Below, piece after piece: positions 5,644 through 14,027 of a DNA stretch of 17,901 nucleotides (position 1 is its first letter; every line of letters begins with the position of its first letter). This DNA comes from Clostridiales bacterium (lineage in GTDB: Bacteria; Bacillota; Clostridia; Oscillospirales; Oscillospiraceae), in NCBI GenBank assembly GCA_021202515.1, contig JAJQCW010000039.1, forward strand, positions 1 to 17,901. The letters run 5' to 3'. The notes beneath the pieces are model-generated. The model worked only from the letters and a program-made list of their open reading frames with translations. It ran no database searches and was not told where the DNA came from. The translations under genes and the position numbers were made by a program.

Positions 5644-6645
5644 TTGGCTGAAAAAATTGACTTTGTGATCACCTGGGTGGACGGGGCAGACCCGGCGTGG
5701 CTGGCGCAAAGGACGCAGTACTGCCCTGCCGACCAGAACAACGGCAGCACCGACAACCGCTATCGGGACTGGGGCTGGCTGCCCTACTGGTTCCGGGGCG
5801 TGGAGCAATACGCTCCCTGGGTGAACCGCGTGTTCTTCGTCACCAACGGGCAGTGTCCCGCCTGGCTGAACCTGGACCACCCCAAGCTGCGGTTCGTTCG
5901 GCACAGCGACTACATCCCGGCGGAATACCTCCCCACGTTCAACTCCAATGTGATCGAGCTGTTCCTGAACCGGATACCTGACCTGTCGGAACACTTTGTG
6001 CTGTTCAACGACGATATGTACCTGTTCGCCCCAGTCCAGCCCTCCGACTTCTTCCGGGAGGGGGTCCCCTGCGAGATCCCATCCATGACGACCATCGACG
6101 GGTTCGACCCGGAGGACGTGTTCCCTCACACCATGCTCAACAACATGGCTGTCCTCAACCAGAACTTCCAAAAGTCCGCCGTGCTCAAGCGGTATGCCGG
6201 AAAGTTTTATCGTCCCTGCTACGGGAAATACTTTATAAGCAACCTTCTGTTGACCCCCTTCCAATACTTCTCCGGGTTTCAGGACCTGCACTTCGCCACC
6301 TCCCACTGCAAATCCACCTTCGACCTGGTGTGGAACGTGGCGGAAAAACAACTGCTCCGCTGCGCGGCCAACCGCTTTCGCAGCAGCAGCGACCTCTCCC
6401 ACTGGATCTTCAAGTATTGGAACCTCTGCACAGGCAATTTCATCCCCCGCAGCGCCAGTTGGGGCCGCTGCTGCGAGCTGGGAAAGGACCCCCTGCCCCA
6501 GGTCCAGGCTGTGATGCAGTCAAGAAAATACAAGCTGGTCTGCCTGAACGACTCCCAGACAGAACTGGACTTCCGGGAGATCCAAACGCAGTTGACGCCG
6601 CTGTTCGCCCAGCGTCTGCCGGAAAAGTGCAGCTATGAGAGATAG
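5644..6645 (+). CDS. Stealth-family capsule polysaccharide phosphotransferase (hexose-1-phosphate transferase)
   Basis: CR1-like IDFVITWVDGADPAW is present. CR2-like YAPWVNRVFFVTNGQCPAWLN...LPTFNSNVIELFLNRIPDLSEHFVLFNDDMYL is also present. There is no in-frame ATG before these motifs. TTG 5644 lies 6 nt after GGAGG (5633-5637). Confidence 0.8.
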   Translation: MAEKIDFVITWVDGADPAWLAQRTQYCPADQNNGSTDNRYRDWGWLPYWFRGVEQYAPWVNRVFFVTNGQCPAWLNLDHPKLRFVRHSDYIPAEYLPTFNSNVIELFLNRIPDLSEHFVLFNDDMYLFAPVQPSDFFREGVPCEIPSMTTIDGFDPEDVFPHTMLNNMAVLNQNFQKSAVLKRYAGKFYRPCYGKYFISNLLLTPFQYFSGFQDLHFATSHCKSTFDLVWNVAEKQLLRCAANRFRSSSDLSHWIFKYWNLCTGNFIPRSASWGRCCELGKDPLPQVQAVMQSRKYKLVCLNDSQTELDFREIQTQLTPLFAQRLPEKCSYER

Positions 6646-7372
6646 AGAACCCCTGACCGGGCTGATCGACTTTCATGCGCACATCCTCCCCGGTCTGGAC
6701 GACGGACCAAAAGACATGGCTGAAACGGAGGCCCTGCTGCGGCAGGCATATGGAGAAGGCATCCGCGTTATCTTTGCCACCTCCCACTACCGGCCCCAGC
6801 TTTGGCGGCATCCGCCGGAGCACTACTGGCATCAACTGGAGGCTGTACAGGCTCTAACGAAACAAATCGGCCTGGATTTGCAGATTTTGCCCGGCAACGA
6901 GATATTTTACAGCGGCGAGCTGATTCACGCGCTGGCGGACGGTCTCTGCCGTCCCCTGCGGAATCGCTTTGTTCTGCTGGAATTTGCCCCCGACCTTCCC
7001 TTTCCCCAAATGCTCCGGGCCATGGACATCCTGACTGCCAACCGTTACCGGCCTCTGGTGGCCCATGTGGAACGCTACGCCTGTATTCAGGCGCGGCCCG
7101 CCCTGGTCCGACAGTTGAAGGACGCAGGCGGCTGGGTCCAGGTAAACACGGGCAGCATCGCCGGGCCGCCTGCGCCACCGCCTGAGCGTATGACCGCCCG
7201 GCGGCTGCTCCGGGGCACGCTGATCGACGTCCTGGGGACCGACTGTCACCACGCCGTCCAGCGTCCCTCCTCCTATCAGGCGTGCACAGACTATCTTCTG
7301 CGGCACTGCTCAGAGGACTATGCCTGGAAGCTGCTGGTGGACGATCCGGGTGTGATTTTTCGAGAGCAATAA
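6635..7372 (+). CDS. cpsB: PHP-family Mn-dependent protein-tyrosine phosphatase (CpsB/YwqE type)
   Basis: N-terminal IDFHAHILPGLDDGPKDMAETEALL...ATSHY and later AHVERY and GTDCHH metal-ligand motifs. It overlaps the Stealth gene by 11 nt. Confidence 0.9.
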   Translation: MRDREPLTGLIDFHAHILPGLDDGPKDMAETEALLRQAYGEGIRVIFATSHYRPQLWRHPPEHYWHQLEAVQALTKQIGLDLQILPGNEIFYSGELIHALADGLCRPLRNRFVLLEFAPDLPFPQMLRAMDILTANRYRPLVAHVERYACIQARPALVRQLKDAGGWVQVNTGSIAGPPAPPPERMTARRLLRGTLIDVLGTDCHHAVQRPSSYQACTDYLLRHCSEDYAWKLLVDDPGVIFREQ

Positions 7373-7386
7373 AGGAACCGTGAGAA

Positions 7387-8622
7387 ATGCTACCTCAAAA
7401 GTCGAAAAATGATGATTTGTTGTTTTGCGGACTGATCGTTCTGTTTTGCGTTCAGGATCTCCTGCAATCCCTGATCGGCCCGTTTCGGGCTTTGGAAGAG
7501 CTGGTGGCGCTGAGTGTGGTCGTGCTGTTTTTTCTGGAGCTGTGCCAAACCCAGTTCACGTTTCGGTTTCAAACCAATACCCTCGTTATCCTGCTGTTTC
7601 TGGCGTTGTTTTTGCTGACAGGCGGCGTTTCCACCCTGCTCTTCGGTTCACAGCCCCTGTCCAACGTCCTCTCCGACATCCTGGTGTGGATGAAGTTCCC
7701 GGCGGCCATGGCCGTTGGATACCTGATGACCATGCACCGGAACAAAGCCGAGCGATACGCAGCGCTCATTCGCCTGTTGGACGTGGTGACGGCCTGTGTG
7801 ACGGTGCTGTTCCTGGCCGACCTGGTGCTACACATCTTCCCGGCGGACATCCGTTCTGGGCTGCGCGCCGTGAAGCTGTTTTATTCCGCTTACACCTATT
7901 GCGCTGCGGTCATGTGCTTTATCTGCGCCATTTACTTCCGTATGTACGAATTTTTAGGGGATCGGGTGCTGCTCCGCCTGCTGCCGCTGTGGGCCATCAT
8001 GGTCAGCACCCTGCGCTTCAAGGCGATTTGCGCCGTGTTCTTCATGGTGTTTGTCTTTTTGATCATCTGTCAGCGCCGCCGCGCCTTTGGCCCCCTGATG
8101 TGGGGGATGCTGGGCGCCGGGGGGCTGCTGCTGGGCATCCGCTCCATCCTGTACTACTATGTCACGCTGCAAAACGAGTCGGCCCGTGCGGCGCTGAGCA
8201 GCACAGCCCTCCAAATCGTCCGGGACTATTTCCCCCTGGGGACGGGCTTTGCCACCTTCGGCTCCGCCTTTTCCGCCGAGCCATACTCCAGGGTCTACGA
8301 GCTTTACCATATCAATCACATCTGGGGCATTTCTGAGACATATCACTCCTTTATTTCCGATTCCTTCTGGCCCTATCTGATGGGGGAAACTGGAATACTG
8401 GGGACCGTTTTCTATTGCGCTGCGCTGATCGTCATTTTCTGGCGTCTTTCCCGGCTGCGGTCGGTCAACGCTTTCGCCTATGGCTCCGCGTTGGTGTGTT
8501 TCATCTATCTGCTCATCTCCAGCACGGGAGAATCTGCGTTTACCAACACCTTCGGGGTCTATTTCGGGCTTTGGATCGGTGTCATGCTGTCGGAAGAGGG
8601 GATTTCCCATGAAGTGGCCTGA
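7387..8622 (+). CDS. wzy: Polytopic O-antigen/capsule repeat-unit polymerase (Wzy, O-antigen-ligase-like family)
   Basis: About 10-12 hydrophobic segments, with a large loop carrying ...DYFPLGTGFATFGSAFS..., typical of the Wzy_C/O-antigen ligase family. It sits next to wzx. Confidence 0.8.
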   Translation: MLPQKSKNDDLLFCGLIVLFCVQDLLQSLIGPFRALEELVALSVVVLFFLELCQTQFTFRFQTNTLVILLFLALFLLTGGVSTLLFGSQPLSNVLSDILVWMKFPAAMAVGYLMTMHRNKAERYAALIRLLDVVTACVTVLFLADLVLHIFPADIRSGLRAVKLFYSAYTYCAAVMCFICAIYFRMYEFLGDRVLLRLLPLWAIMVSTLRFKAICAVFFMVFVFLIICQRRRAFGPLMWGMLGAGGLLLGIRSILYYYVTLQNESARAALSSTALQIVRDYFPLGTGFATFGSAFSAEPYSRVYELYHINHIWGISETYHSFISDSFWPYLMGETGILGTVFYCAALIVIFWRLSRLRSVNAFAYGSALVCFIYLLISSTGESAFTNTFGVYFGLWIGVMLSEEGISHEVA

Positions 8623-10060
8623 CAAGCTCAAAAGCGCCTACCAGCAGCTTTCGGACGCAAAAAAAACTTCTATTTACTTTACCATCTGCAATTTTCTCCA
8701 GCGGGGCACCGCGTTCATCACCGTCCCCATCTTCACCCGGCTGCTGACCACCCAGGAGTACGGCGTCTACAGCGTTTACCAGACCTGGTTCGAGCTGCTG
8801 GTGGTCGTCACCTCGCTGAAGCTGCCCTACGAGGGACTGAACAACGGCCTGATCCGGTACGAGGAGGACAAAGACGGTTACGTCTCCTCCATCGCGGGGC
8901 TGATTTCGGTGATGACCCTGGGGTGGCTGGTGGTGTATCTGCTGTTCCGGCGGTGGATCGACCAGTTCATCGGCCTGTCCTCCCTGCTGATGGGGTTGAT
9001 GTTCATAGAGATCTTCTTCAACCCCCCGCTGTACCTCTGGACCAACCGGGAGCGATTCGACTTCCGCTACCGTGCGCCGGTGGCCGTCACCGTGGCCAGC
9101 ACCATCGTCTCGCCGGTCATCGCCATCGTTGCGGTGCTGTGTACCCCCTACAAGGCGGAGGCCCGTATCATCGCAACAGTCGCAGTGCAGGGAGTGTCGG
9201 GGGCGGCATTGTACGTCTACTTGCTGAAAAAAGGCGGAAAGTTCTTTAACGCCACTTATTGGAAGTTCGCCCTGCGGTTCAATCTGCCGCTCATCTTCTA
9301 TTACCTGTCTCAGACGGTGCTGAACCAGGCAGATAGAATCATGATAAACTACTACGAGGGGACAGGCAGCACCGCCATTTACTCGGTGGCTTACACTGCC
9401 GCCACGCTGACTCTGCTGCTGGTCTCCGCCATCAACGGCTCTTACAATCCGTGGATGTACAAGAAGCTCAAGGCCGGCGCTTACGGTGAGATTCGAAAGC
9501 AGTCCACCCTGATCTGTCTGATGCTGGGCGTGGTGGTCCTCCTGATGACGGCGTTCGCGCCGGACCTGGTGGCGCTGCTGGCCACAGGGGAATACCAGAG
9601 CGCCATTTGGGTCATCCCGCCGGTAGCGGCAAGCGTGTTTTTCGTCTTTTTGTATATGCTCTTCGCCAACGTGGAGATGTACTACGGAGAGACCCGGCTG
9701 ATCCCCGCCGTGTCCATCATCAGCGCAGGGGCCAATCTGGTGCTCAACGCCATCTTCATTCCCCTGTTCGGCTTCCTGGCTGCCGGATGGACCACGCTGG
9801 TGAGCTACGTGCTGCTGACCCTGCTCCACTTCCTCGTGATGAAACGGGCCTGCCGCCGCCACAGCGTGGAAGAAAACGTATTTGCCGAAAAGCGGCTCGC
9901 CGTCCTGACCGTGGCGGTGATTGTGGGCTGCTTTGCCATGATGGCCCTTTACCGGGTGGGATACTGGCGATATTTGGTGTTCCTGCTGGCGGGGCTGGCA
10001 GGGATTTGGAAGCGGAAGTCGTTGCTGGCACTGCTCAAAAAAGGAACCGGGGAGGAATAA
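8609..10060 (+). CDS. wzx: MOP-superfamily polysaccharide flippase (Wzx)
   Basis: ATG 8609 lies 7 nt after GAGGGG (8596-8601) and overlaps the wzy stop by 14 nt. The protein is 483 aa and polytopic, with an N-terminus ...FTICNFLQRGTAFITVPIFTRLLTTQEYGVYSVY typical of Wzx/RfbX. I rejected the track start at 8480. Confidence 0.88.
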   Translation: MKWPDKLKSAYQQLSDAKKTSIYFTICNFLQRGTAFITVPIFTRLLTTQEYGVYSVYQTWFELLVVVTSLKLPYEGLNNGLIRYEEDKDGYVSSIAGLISVMTLGWLVVYLLFRRWIDQFIGLSSLLMGLMFIEIFFNPPLYLWTNRERFDFRYRAPVAVTVASTIVSPVIAIVAVLCTPYKAEARIIATVAVQGVSGAALYVYLLKKGGKFFNATYWKFALRFNLPLIFYYLSQTVLNQADRIMINYYEGTGSTAIYSVAYTAATLTLLLVSAINGSYNPWMYKKLKAGAYGEIRKQSTLICLMLGVVVLLMTAFAPDLVALLATGEYQSAIWVIPPVAASVFFVFLYMLFANVEMYYGETRLIPAVSIISAGANLVLNAIFIPLFGFLAAGWTTLVSYVLLTLLHFLVMKRACRRHSVEENVFAEKRLAVLTVAVIVGCFAMMALYRVGYWRYLVFLLAGLAGIWKRKSLLALLKKGTGEE

Positions 10061-10064
10061 ACCA

Positions 10065-11153
10065 ATGTCGGAACAACGCCGGACCCAGCGAGGTCTGGGC
10101 TATTTCAACGCGATTTACGGATACGGAATGTTGATGGTGATCTTTGTACACACCATTTCCTTCAACAGCGCGTTTTTCTATTCCAATTTTGTGTTTTACG
10201 GGTGGTTTTCCGTCCTGGGTTCCGCCTACATGGTGCTCTTTTTCCTGCTCAGCGGCTACGGGTTCAACCCGTCGCCTGCCAGAAAATCGCTCTCCTTCAA
10301 CTTTCGCACCCTGCTGAAACCCTACTATATCACCGCGGCGGCGGTGCTGCTGGCAAAGCTAGTCCTCTCCTTTGTGCGGCACCGCTCCTTCTGGGCGCAC
10401 GGGGGAGAATTTCTCCTGACCTACGCCCTGGGCCTGAACTTCGAGGGCGGCGGCACGCTGTTCGGCGTCCCGGTGGAGAGCATCAGCATCCTGTGGTTCC
10501 TGTGGGCGCTCTTTGAGGCCCGCTGCCTGTTCAACTGCCTGGCCCACCTGAAAGACCGGCGGCTCACCTACTGTCTTTCCTTCGCCTGCACGCTGCTGGG
10601 CTACTGCATGATGCAGTTCTCCGCAGTCTGGCCCTTTGTCATCCACATCGGCCTGATGGCCACCGGCTGGGTGGCCCTGGGCAACCTGATCCGGGAGGAA
10701 CACCTGCTGGACAGGAAACTGCCCCTGATCCCGCTGCTGATTCTGGCAGTTCTGAGCCTGAACACCTTTTTGCGCAGCCATACCGACCTGATTCGAGGCG
10801 AGTTGAGCGGCGGTCCGCTGGATGTCCTCGGCCTCACCTGCTTGGCTGTTCTCCTGTTGCACTTCTTTGACTGGCTCACGTCCAAAACACTGGATTCCGC
10901 CGCCAACCACTTCTTTGCCGCCATTGGCGTGAACAACATCTGGATCATCTGCATCCACGCCTTTGAAAAGGTCATCCTGCCCAACTACAAATTTTTGGAA
11001 TGGTTCCCCAACAGCATCCTGCTCCAGACAGTGTTGATGTTTACGTCGCGCACACTATTTATCGCAGTCGTCTATTTGCTGCTCCAAGCGGGGCGAGAGC
11101 TGCTGCGGAAATTCCGCAGACGCGGCAGGAAAAAGGTGACCATCGAACTGTAA
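10065..11153 (+). CDS. Acyltransferase family 3 (AT3, OatA/OafA-like) integral membrane acyltransferase with no fused SGNH domain
   Basis: TM1 His context MLMVIFVHT and the FFLLSGYGF motif are present. The protein is polytopic and 362 aa. SD GGAGGAA lies 9 nt upstream. Confidence 0.85.
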   Translation: MSEQRRTQRGLGYFNAIYGYGMLMVIFVHTISFNSAFFYSNFVFYGWFSVLGSAYMVLFFLLSGYGFNPSPARKSLSFNFRTLLKPYYITAAAVLLAKLVLSFVRHRSFWAHGGEFLLTYALGLNFEGGGTLFGVPVESISILWFLWALFEARCLFNCLAHLKDRRLTYCLSFACTLLGYCMMQFSAVWPFVIHIGLMATGWVALGNLIREEHLLDRKLPLIPLLILAVLSLNTFLRSHTDLIRGELSGGPLDVLGLTCLAVLLLHFFDWLTSKTLDSAANHFFAAIGVNNIWIICIHAFEKVILPNYKFLEWFPNSILLQTVLMFTSRTLFIAVVYLLLQAGRELLRKFRRRGRKKVTIEL

Positions 11154-11295
11154 GCTCTGCCGCAGGCCGGGTGTGCCCGTCTGCGGAAAAGCCATATATT
11201 CCCCTTTCTGGCGGAGGCGCACACACGCAGCCGTTTTAAGGTGGCTCTTGCGGGTATTGTTCCCCGCTGTTGCAAGAAGAAATGAGGTATGTAAA

Positions 11296-11541
11296 ATGAC
11301 AGTAGCTGAATTTAACGACAAAGTGATTGAGATCGTCCGCGATTCCTTCGATTTCAGCGAGGGGACCGAAATCACGTCGGAGTCCAAACTGCTGGAGGAC
11401 CTGGGTATGAGTTCCCTGGCGATTTTGGCGATGATCTCCGACCTGGAGGACGCCTTTGACGTGCGCATCCCCACCCGAAAGCTCTCCAAAATCGTGACCG
11501 TGGGCGACTTGCAGCAGTTCATCCTGAACAAACTGGTGTGA
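11296..11541 (+). CDS. Acyl/peptidyl carrier protein (DltC/ACP-like, 81 aa)
   Basis: ATG 11296 lies 7 nt after GAGGT (11284-11288). The phosphopantetheine-site context is LLEDLGMSSLAILAMISDLEDAF, and the size and acidity are those of a four-helix carrier protein. I rejected the track start at 11173. Confidence 0.85.
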   Translation: MTVAEFNDKVIEIVRDSFDFSEGTEITSESKLLEDLGMSSLAILAMISDLEDAFDVRIPTRKLSKIVTVGDLQQFILNKLV

Positions 11542-11547
11542 CTTCCG

Positions 11548-12474
11548 ATGGAACGCATCAAACAAAGGCGCGTCTGGCTGTTCGCTCTGGTGGGAATCCT
11601 TGTGCTGTGCTGCGTGGTGGCGGCGGTGTTCTTCCTCCGGTCCCGCACCACTGCGGTGAACGCATCGGACATTGAAATTCGCACCACCTACGGGGACGAC
11701 GTGACGGCAGCGGAGGGCATCTGTTACCGGCCCGGCGAGACGGACACCAACTGCTATATGGACGTGGCGTATCAACAGACTGGCGAAGCCAAGCCGCTGA
11801 TGGTCTGCATTCACGGCGGCAGTTGGACCTCCGGCCAGCGCTCAGAACTGAACTCCTTCCTCTACACCTTCTCGGCGGAGGGATACGTGGTGGCAACCAT
11901 CGACTACGACCTGCACCCGGACACCACCCTGATGGGCGAGGTAGAGTGTGTCAGCGACGCGGTCTCCTACCTGGTCGAAAACGCCGCGACCTATGAAATC
12001 GACGCCTCCAACGTCGTCATCCTGGGCGACTCGGCGGGGGCGCAGTTGGCCCTGCGCTTCGCGGAGGAGTACGCGGCGGACCCGGAGCAGTATGATTTTA
12101 CCATCACCGCGGCCATCGACATCTTTGGCCCCACCGACTTGGAACACCTGATTTATTACTGCGAAGGCGATACCCTGACCTATTTCATCGAACACCCGGA
12201 GATCGTTGATGGGACGGAGAACTCCGACATCATCACAGAGATCCACAAATTTGACGTGATTTACAACATCAGCAGCGACATGATGCCCATCCTGATCGTC
12301 CACGGCACAGAGGATTCCACTGTGCCCATGACCATATCAGACCGTTTTTATAAAGCGCTTCAGGAGGCGGGCGTTGAGGTGCAGTATGAGCGGATCGTGG
12401 GTATGACCCACAGCGTTCAAAACGACAAGCTTATCCCCGTCTGCGACGCTTTCCTGAACGAACATGTAAAGTAA
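11548..12474 (+). CDS. N-terminally membrane-anchored alpha/beta-hydrolase (fold-3 / BD-FAE-like esterase or acyltransferase)
   Basis: It starts 6 nt after the carrier stop. The TM helix is WLFALVGILVLCCVVAAVFFL. Catalytic-type motifs are the oxyanion CIHGGSW, the nucleophile elbow GDSAG, VHGTEDSTVP and GMTHS. Confidence 0.85.
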   Translation: MERIKQRRVWLFALVGILVLCCVVAAVFFLRSRTTAVNASDIEIRTTYGDDVTAAEGICYRPGETDTNCYMDVAYQQTGEAKPLMVCIHGGSWTSGQRSELNSFLYTFSAEGYVVATIDYDLHPDTTLMGEVECVSDAVSYLVENAATYEIDASNVVILGDSAGAQLALRFAEEYAADPEQYDFTITAAIDIFGPTDLEHLIYYCEGDTLTYFIEHPEIVDGTENSDIITEIHKFDVIYNISSDMMPILIVHGTEDSTVPMTISDRFYKALQEAGVEVQYERIVGMTHSVQNDKLIPVCDAFLNEHVK

Positions 12475-12515
12475 AGGACCGCGCAACCCCGTTTTAGCAG
12501 GAAGGAGAACCCAAA

Positions 12516-13937
12516 ATGTCTGTTCCAACTACGTTCCACGAATTTTTCCGGCGCTCAAAAGCAAAGTATAAGGAGACGGGGCTTCCGCCGTTCAAATATA
12601 TGGAGGGCCGGGAGGTCGTGTCTGTCTCCGCAGAGAAATTTTTCAGCGACCTGGCAGCTCTGGCGGAGGAGTTTGTGCGCCGCGGCTACGCCGACCAGCA
12701 CATCGGCCTGATGGGAAAGAACTCCTATCTCTGGATGCTCACCTACTGCGCGCTGATGGAGGCCGGTGCGGTCCCCATTCTGCTCAGCCGAGATTTGAAC
12801 CCCCGCGAGGTCGCTGAATACTGCAAAAAGACAGACACCTGCACCGTGGTGTGTGACGAAGCGGCGTCCCGGAACGTGCCCACAGAGGCGGGTCTCTGCG
12901 CCGCGCCCATGGCAAAGGCCGCTGTCCCCGCCACCGGGGTTTCCCTTCCCACGAGGGACCCGGATGCGCTGGGCACCATTCTGTTCACCTCCGGCACCAC
13001 AGGGGACGCGAAAGCGGTCATGCTCTCCATCAAGGGGCTGCTCACCGCTTTTTGGACGCCCATCAAGCCTTACCGCACGTTTGTGACCGGGCTGACCGTC
13101 ATGCCTTACCACCATCTGGCCGGGTTTGGCACGGCGGCGGATTCCTTCCCCCGCGGCTCCACCAACGTCATCGGGGAAAGCCCCAAGTATCTGATGCGGT
13201 ATATCCGCGCCGCAGAACCGGAATATATGCTTGTCGTACCGGAGCTGATGGAGGTCATGGCCCAGCGTCTGCGCACGGCAAAGCCTGGAGAAAACCCGCT
13301 GGGGAAGGTGCAGATGCTGTACTGCGCCGGCGCCAAGTTCCCGGAGGATACGGTAAAAATCTTCTCGGAACACAACATTGAGCTTTGGCACGTCTATTCC
13401 GCCTCGGAAGCGGGTGGGTATGGCATCATCCACCCGTTGGATGTGAACAACCCCACCTGTCTTGGTCCCATCGACGAGGTCCTTGAGGGCAAAATCGTCG
13501 ATGGCGAGCTGCTCCTGCGGGGCGACACCGTGATGATGGGGTATTACAAGGACCCCGAGGCCACCGCCGCTGTGCTGCGTGACGGCTGGTATCACACGGG
13601 GGATCTCTTCCGGGTGGATGAACGCGGCTACTATTACATGACCGGCCGGAAGAAAAACCTCATCATCCTGTCCAACGGCGAGAACGTCAGCCCGGAGGAA
13701 CTGGAAACGATGCTGCGGGGCTGCCCCTTTGTGGAAGAGGTCCGCGTCAAGGAGAAAAACAACTTCCTCTGCGCAGAAGTTTTTTCCACGGAGAACACTG
13801 ATGCGGCACGGAAAGCGGTGGAGGAGTTCCTGGACCAGCAGAACGACGCCCTTCCCACCTATAAACAGATCCATTTTCTCGAATTTCGGGATGCGCCGTT
13901 TGAGAAAACCGCCCTCGGCAAAATCAAGCGCGCATAG
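12516..13937 (+). CDS. ANL-superfamily adenylate-forming ligase (DltA/acyl-carrier ligase-like), copy 1
   Basis: AAGGAG lies 8 nt upstream. Core motifs are TSGTTGDAKAVML, YSASEAGG, GWYHTGDL, GRKKNLIILSNGENVSPEELE and GKIKRA. Confidence 0.9.
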   Translation: MSVPTTFHEFFRRSKAKYKETGLPPFKYMEGREVVSVSAEKFFSDLAALAEEFVRRGYADQHIGLMGKNSYLWMLTYCALMEAGAVPILLSRDLNPREVAEYCKKTDTCTVVCDEAASRNVPTEAGLCAAPMAKAAVPATGVSLPTRDPDALGTILFTSGTTGDAKAVMLSIKGLLTAFWTPIKPYRTFVTGLTVMPYHHLAGFGTAADSFPRGSTNVIGESPKYLMRYIRAAEPEYMLVVPELMEVMAQRLRTAKPGENPLGKVQMLYCAGAKFPEDTVKIFSEHNIELWHVYSASEAGGYGIIHPLDVNNPTCLGPIDEVLEGKIVDGELLLRGDTVMMGYYKDPEATAAVLRDGWYHTGDLFRVDERGYYYMTGRKKNLIILSNGENVSPEELETMLRGCPFVEEVRVKEKNNFLCAEVFSTENTDAARKAVEEFLDQQNDALPTYKQIHFLEFRDAPFEKTALGKIKRA

Positions 13938-14027
13938 GGAAGGTACAGGGAGGGGCAAAGCCCCGCATAGAGCGCAGCTTCACTGCTTGACAGCAGAATA
14001 CCGCTTGTCGGCAAAGGAGAACAAAAA

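Noticed and set aside
3364-10958. Other long antisense or alternate-frame ORFs inside the polysaccharide genes. Examples are 3364-4077(-), 4473-5246(-), 5374-6402(-), 6768-7178(-), 7425-8336(+), 7954-8631(-), 8582-9862(-) and 10359-10958(-). The ORF at 15371-16405(-) is of the same kind.
   Set aside because: They show the same GC-frame artefact signature, with Arg/Pro/Gly/Ala-rich translations lacking domains. Each overlaps a plus-strand gene with clear family motifs and good SD/start geometry.
4407-11295. The upstream-extended start codons offered by the ORF track: 4407 for GT2, 5443 for Stealth, 8480 for wzx and 11173 for the carrier protein.
   Set aside because: The extensions overlap the preceding genes or intergenic hairpins, translate to junk-like sequence and lack an SD. 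The internal starts at 4461, 5644 (TTG), 8609 and 11296 each have a properly spaced SD and begin at the expected family N-terminus.
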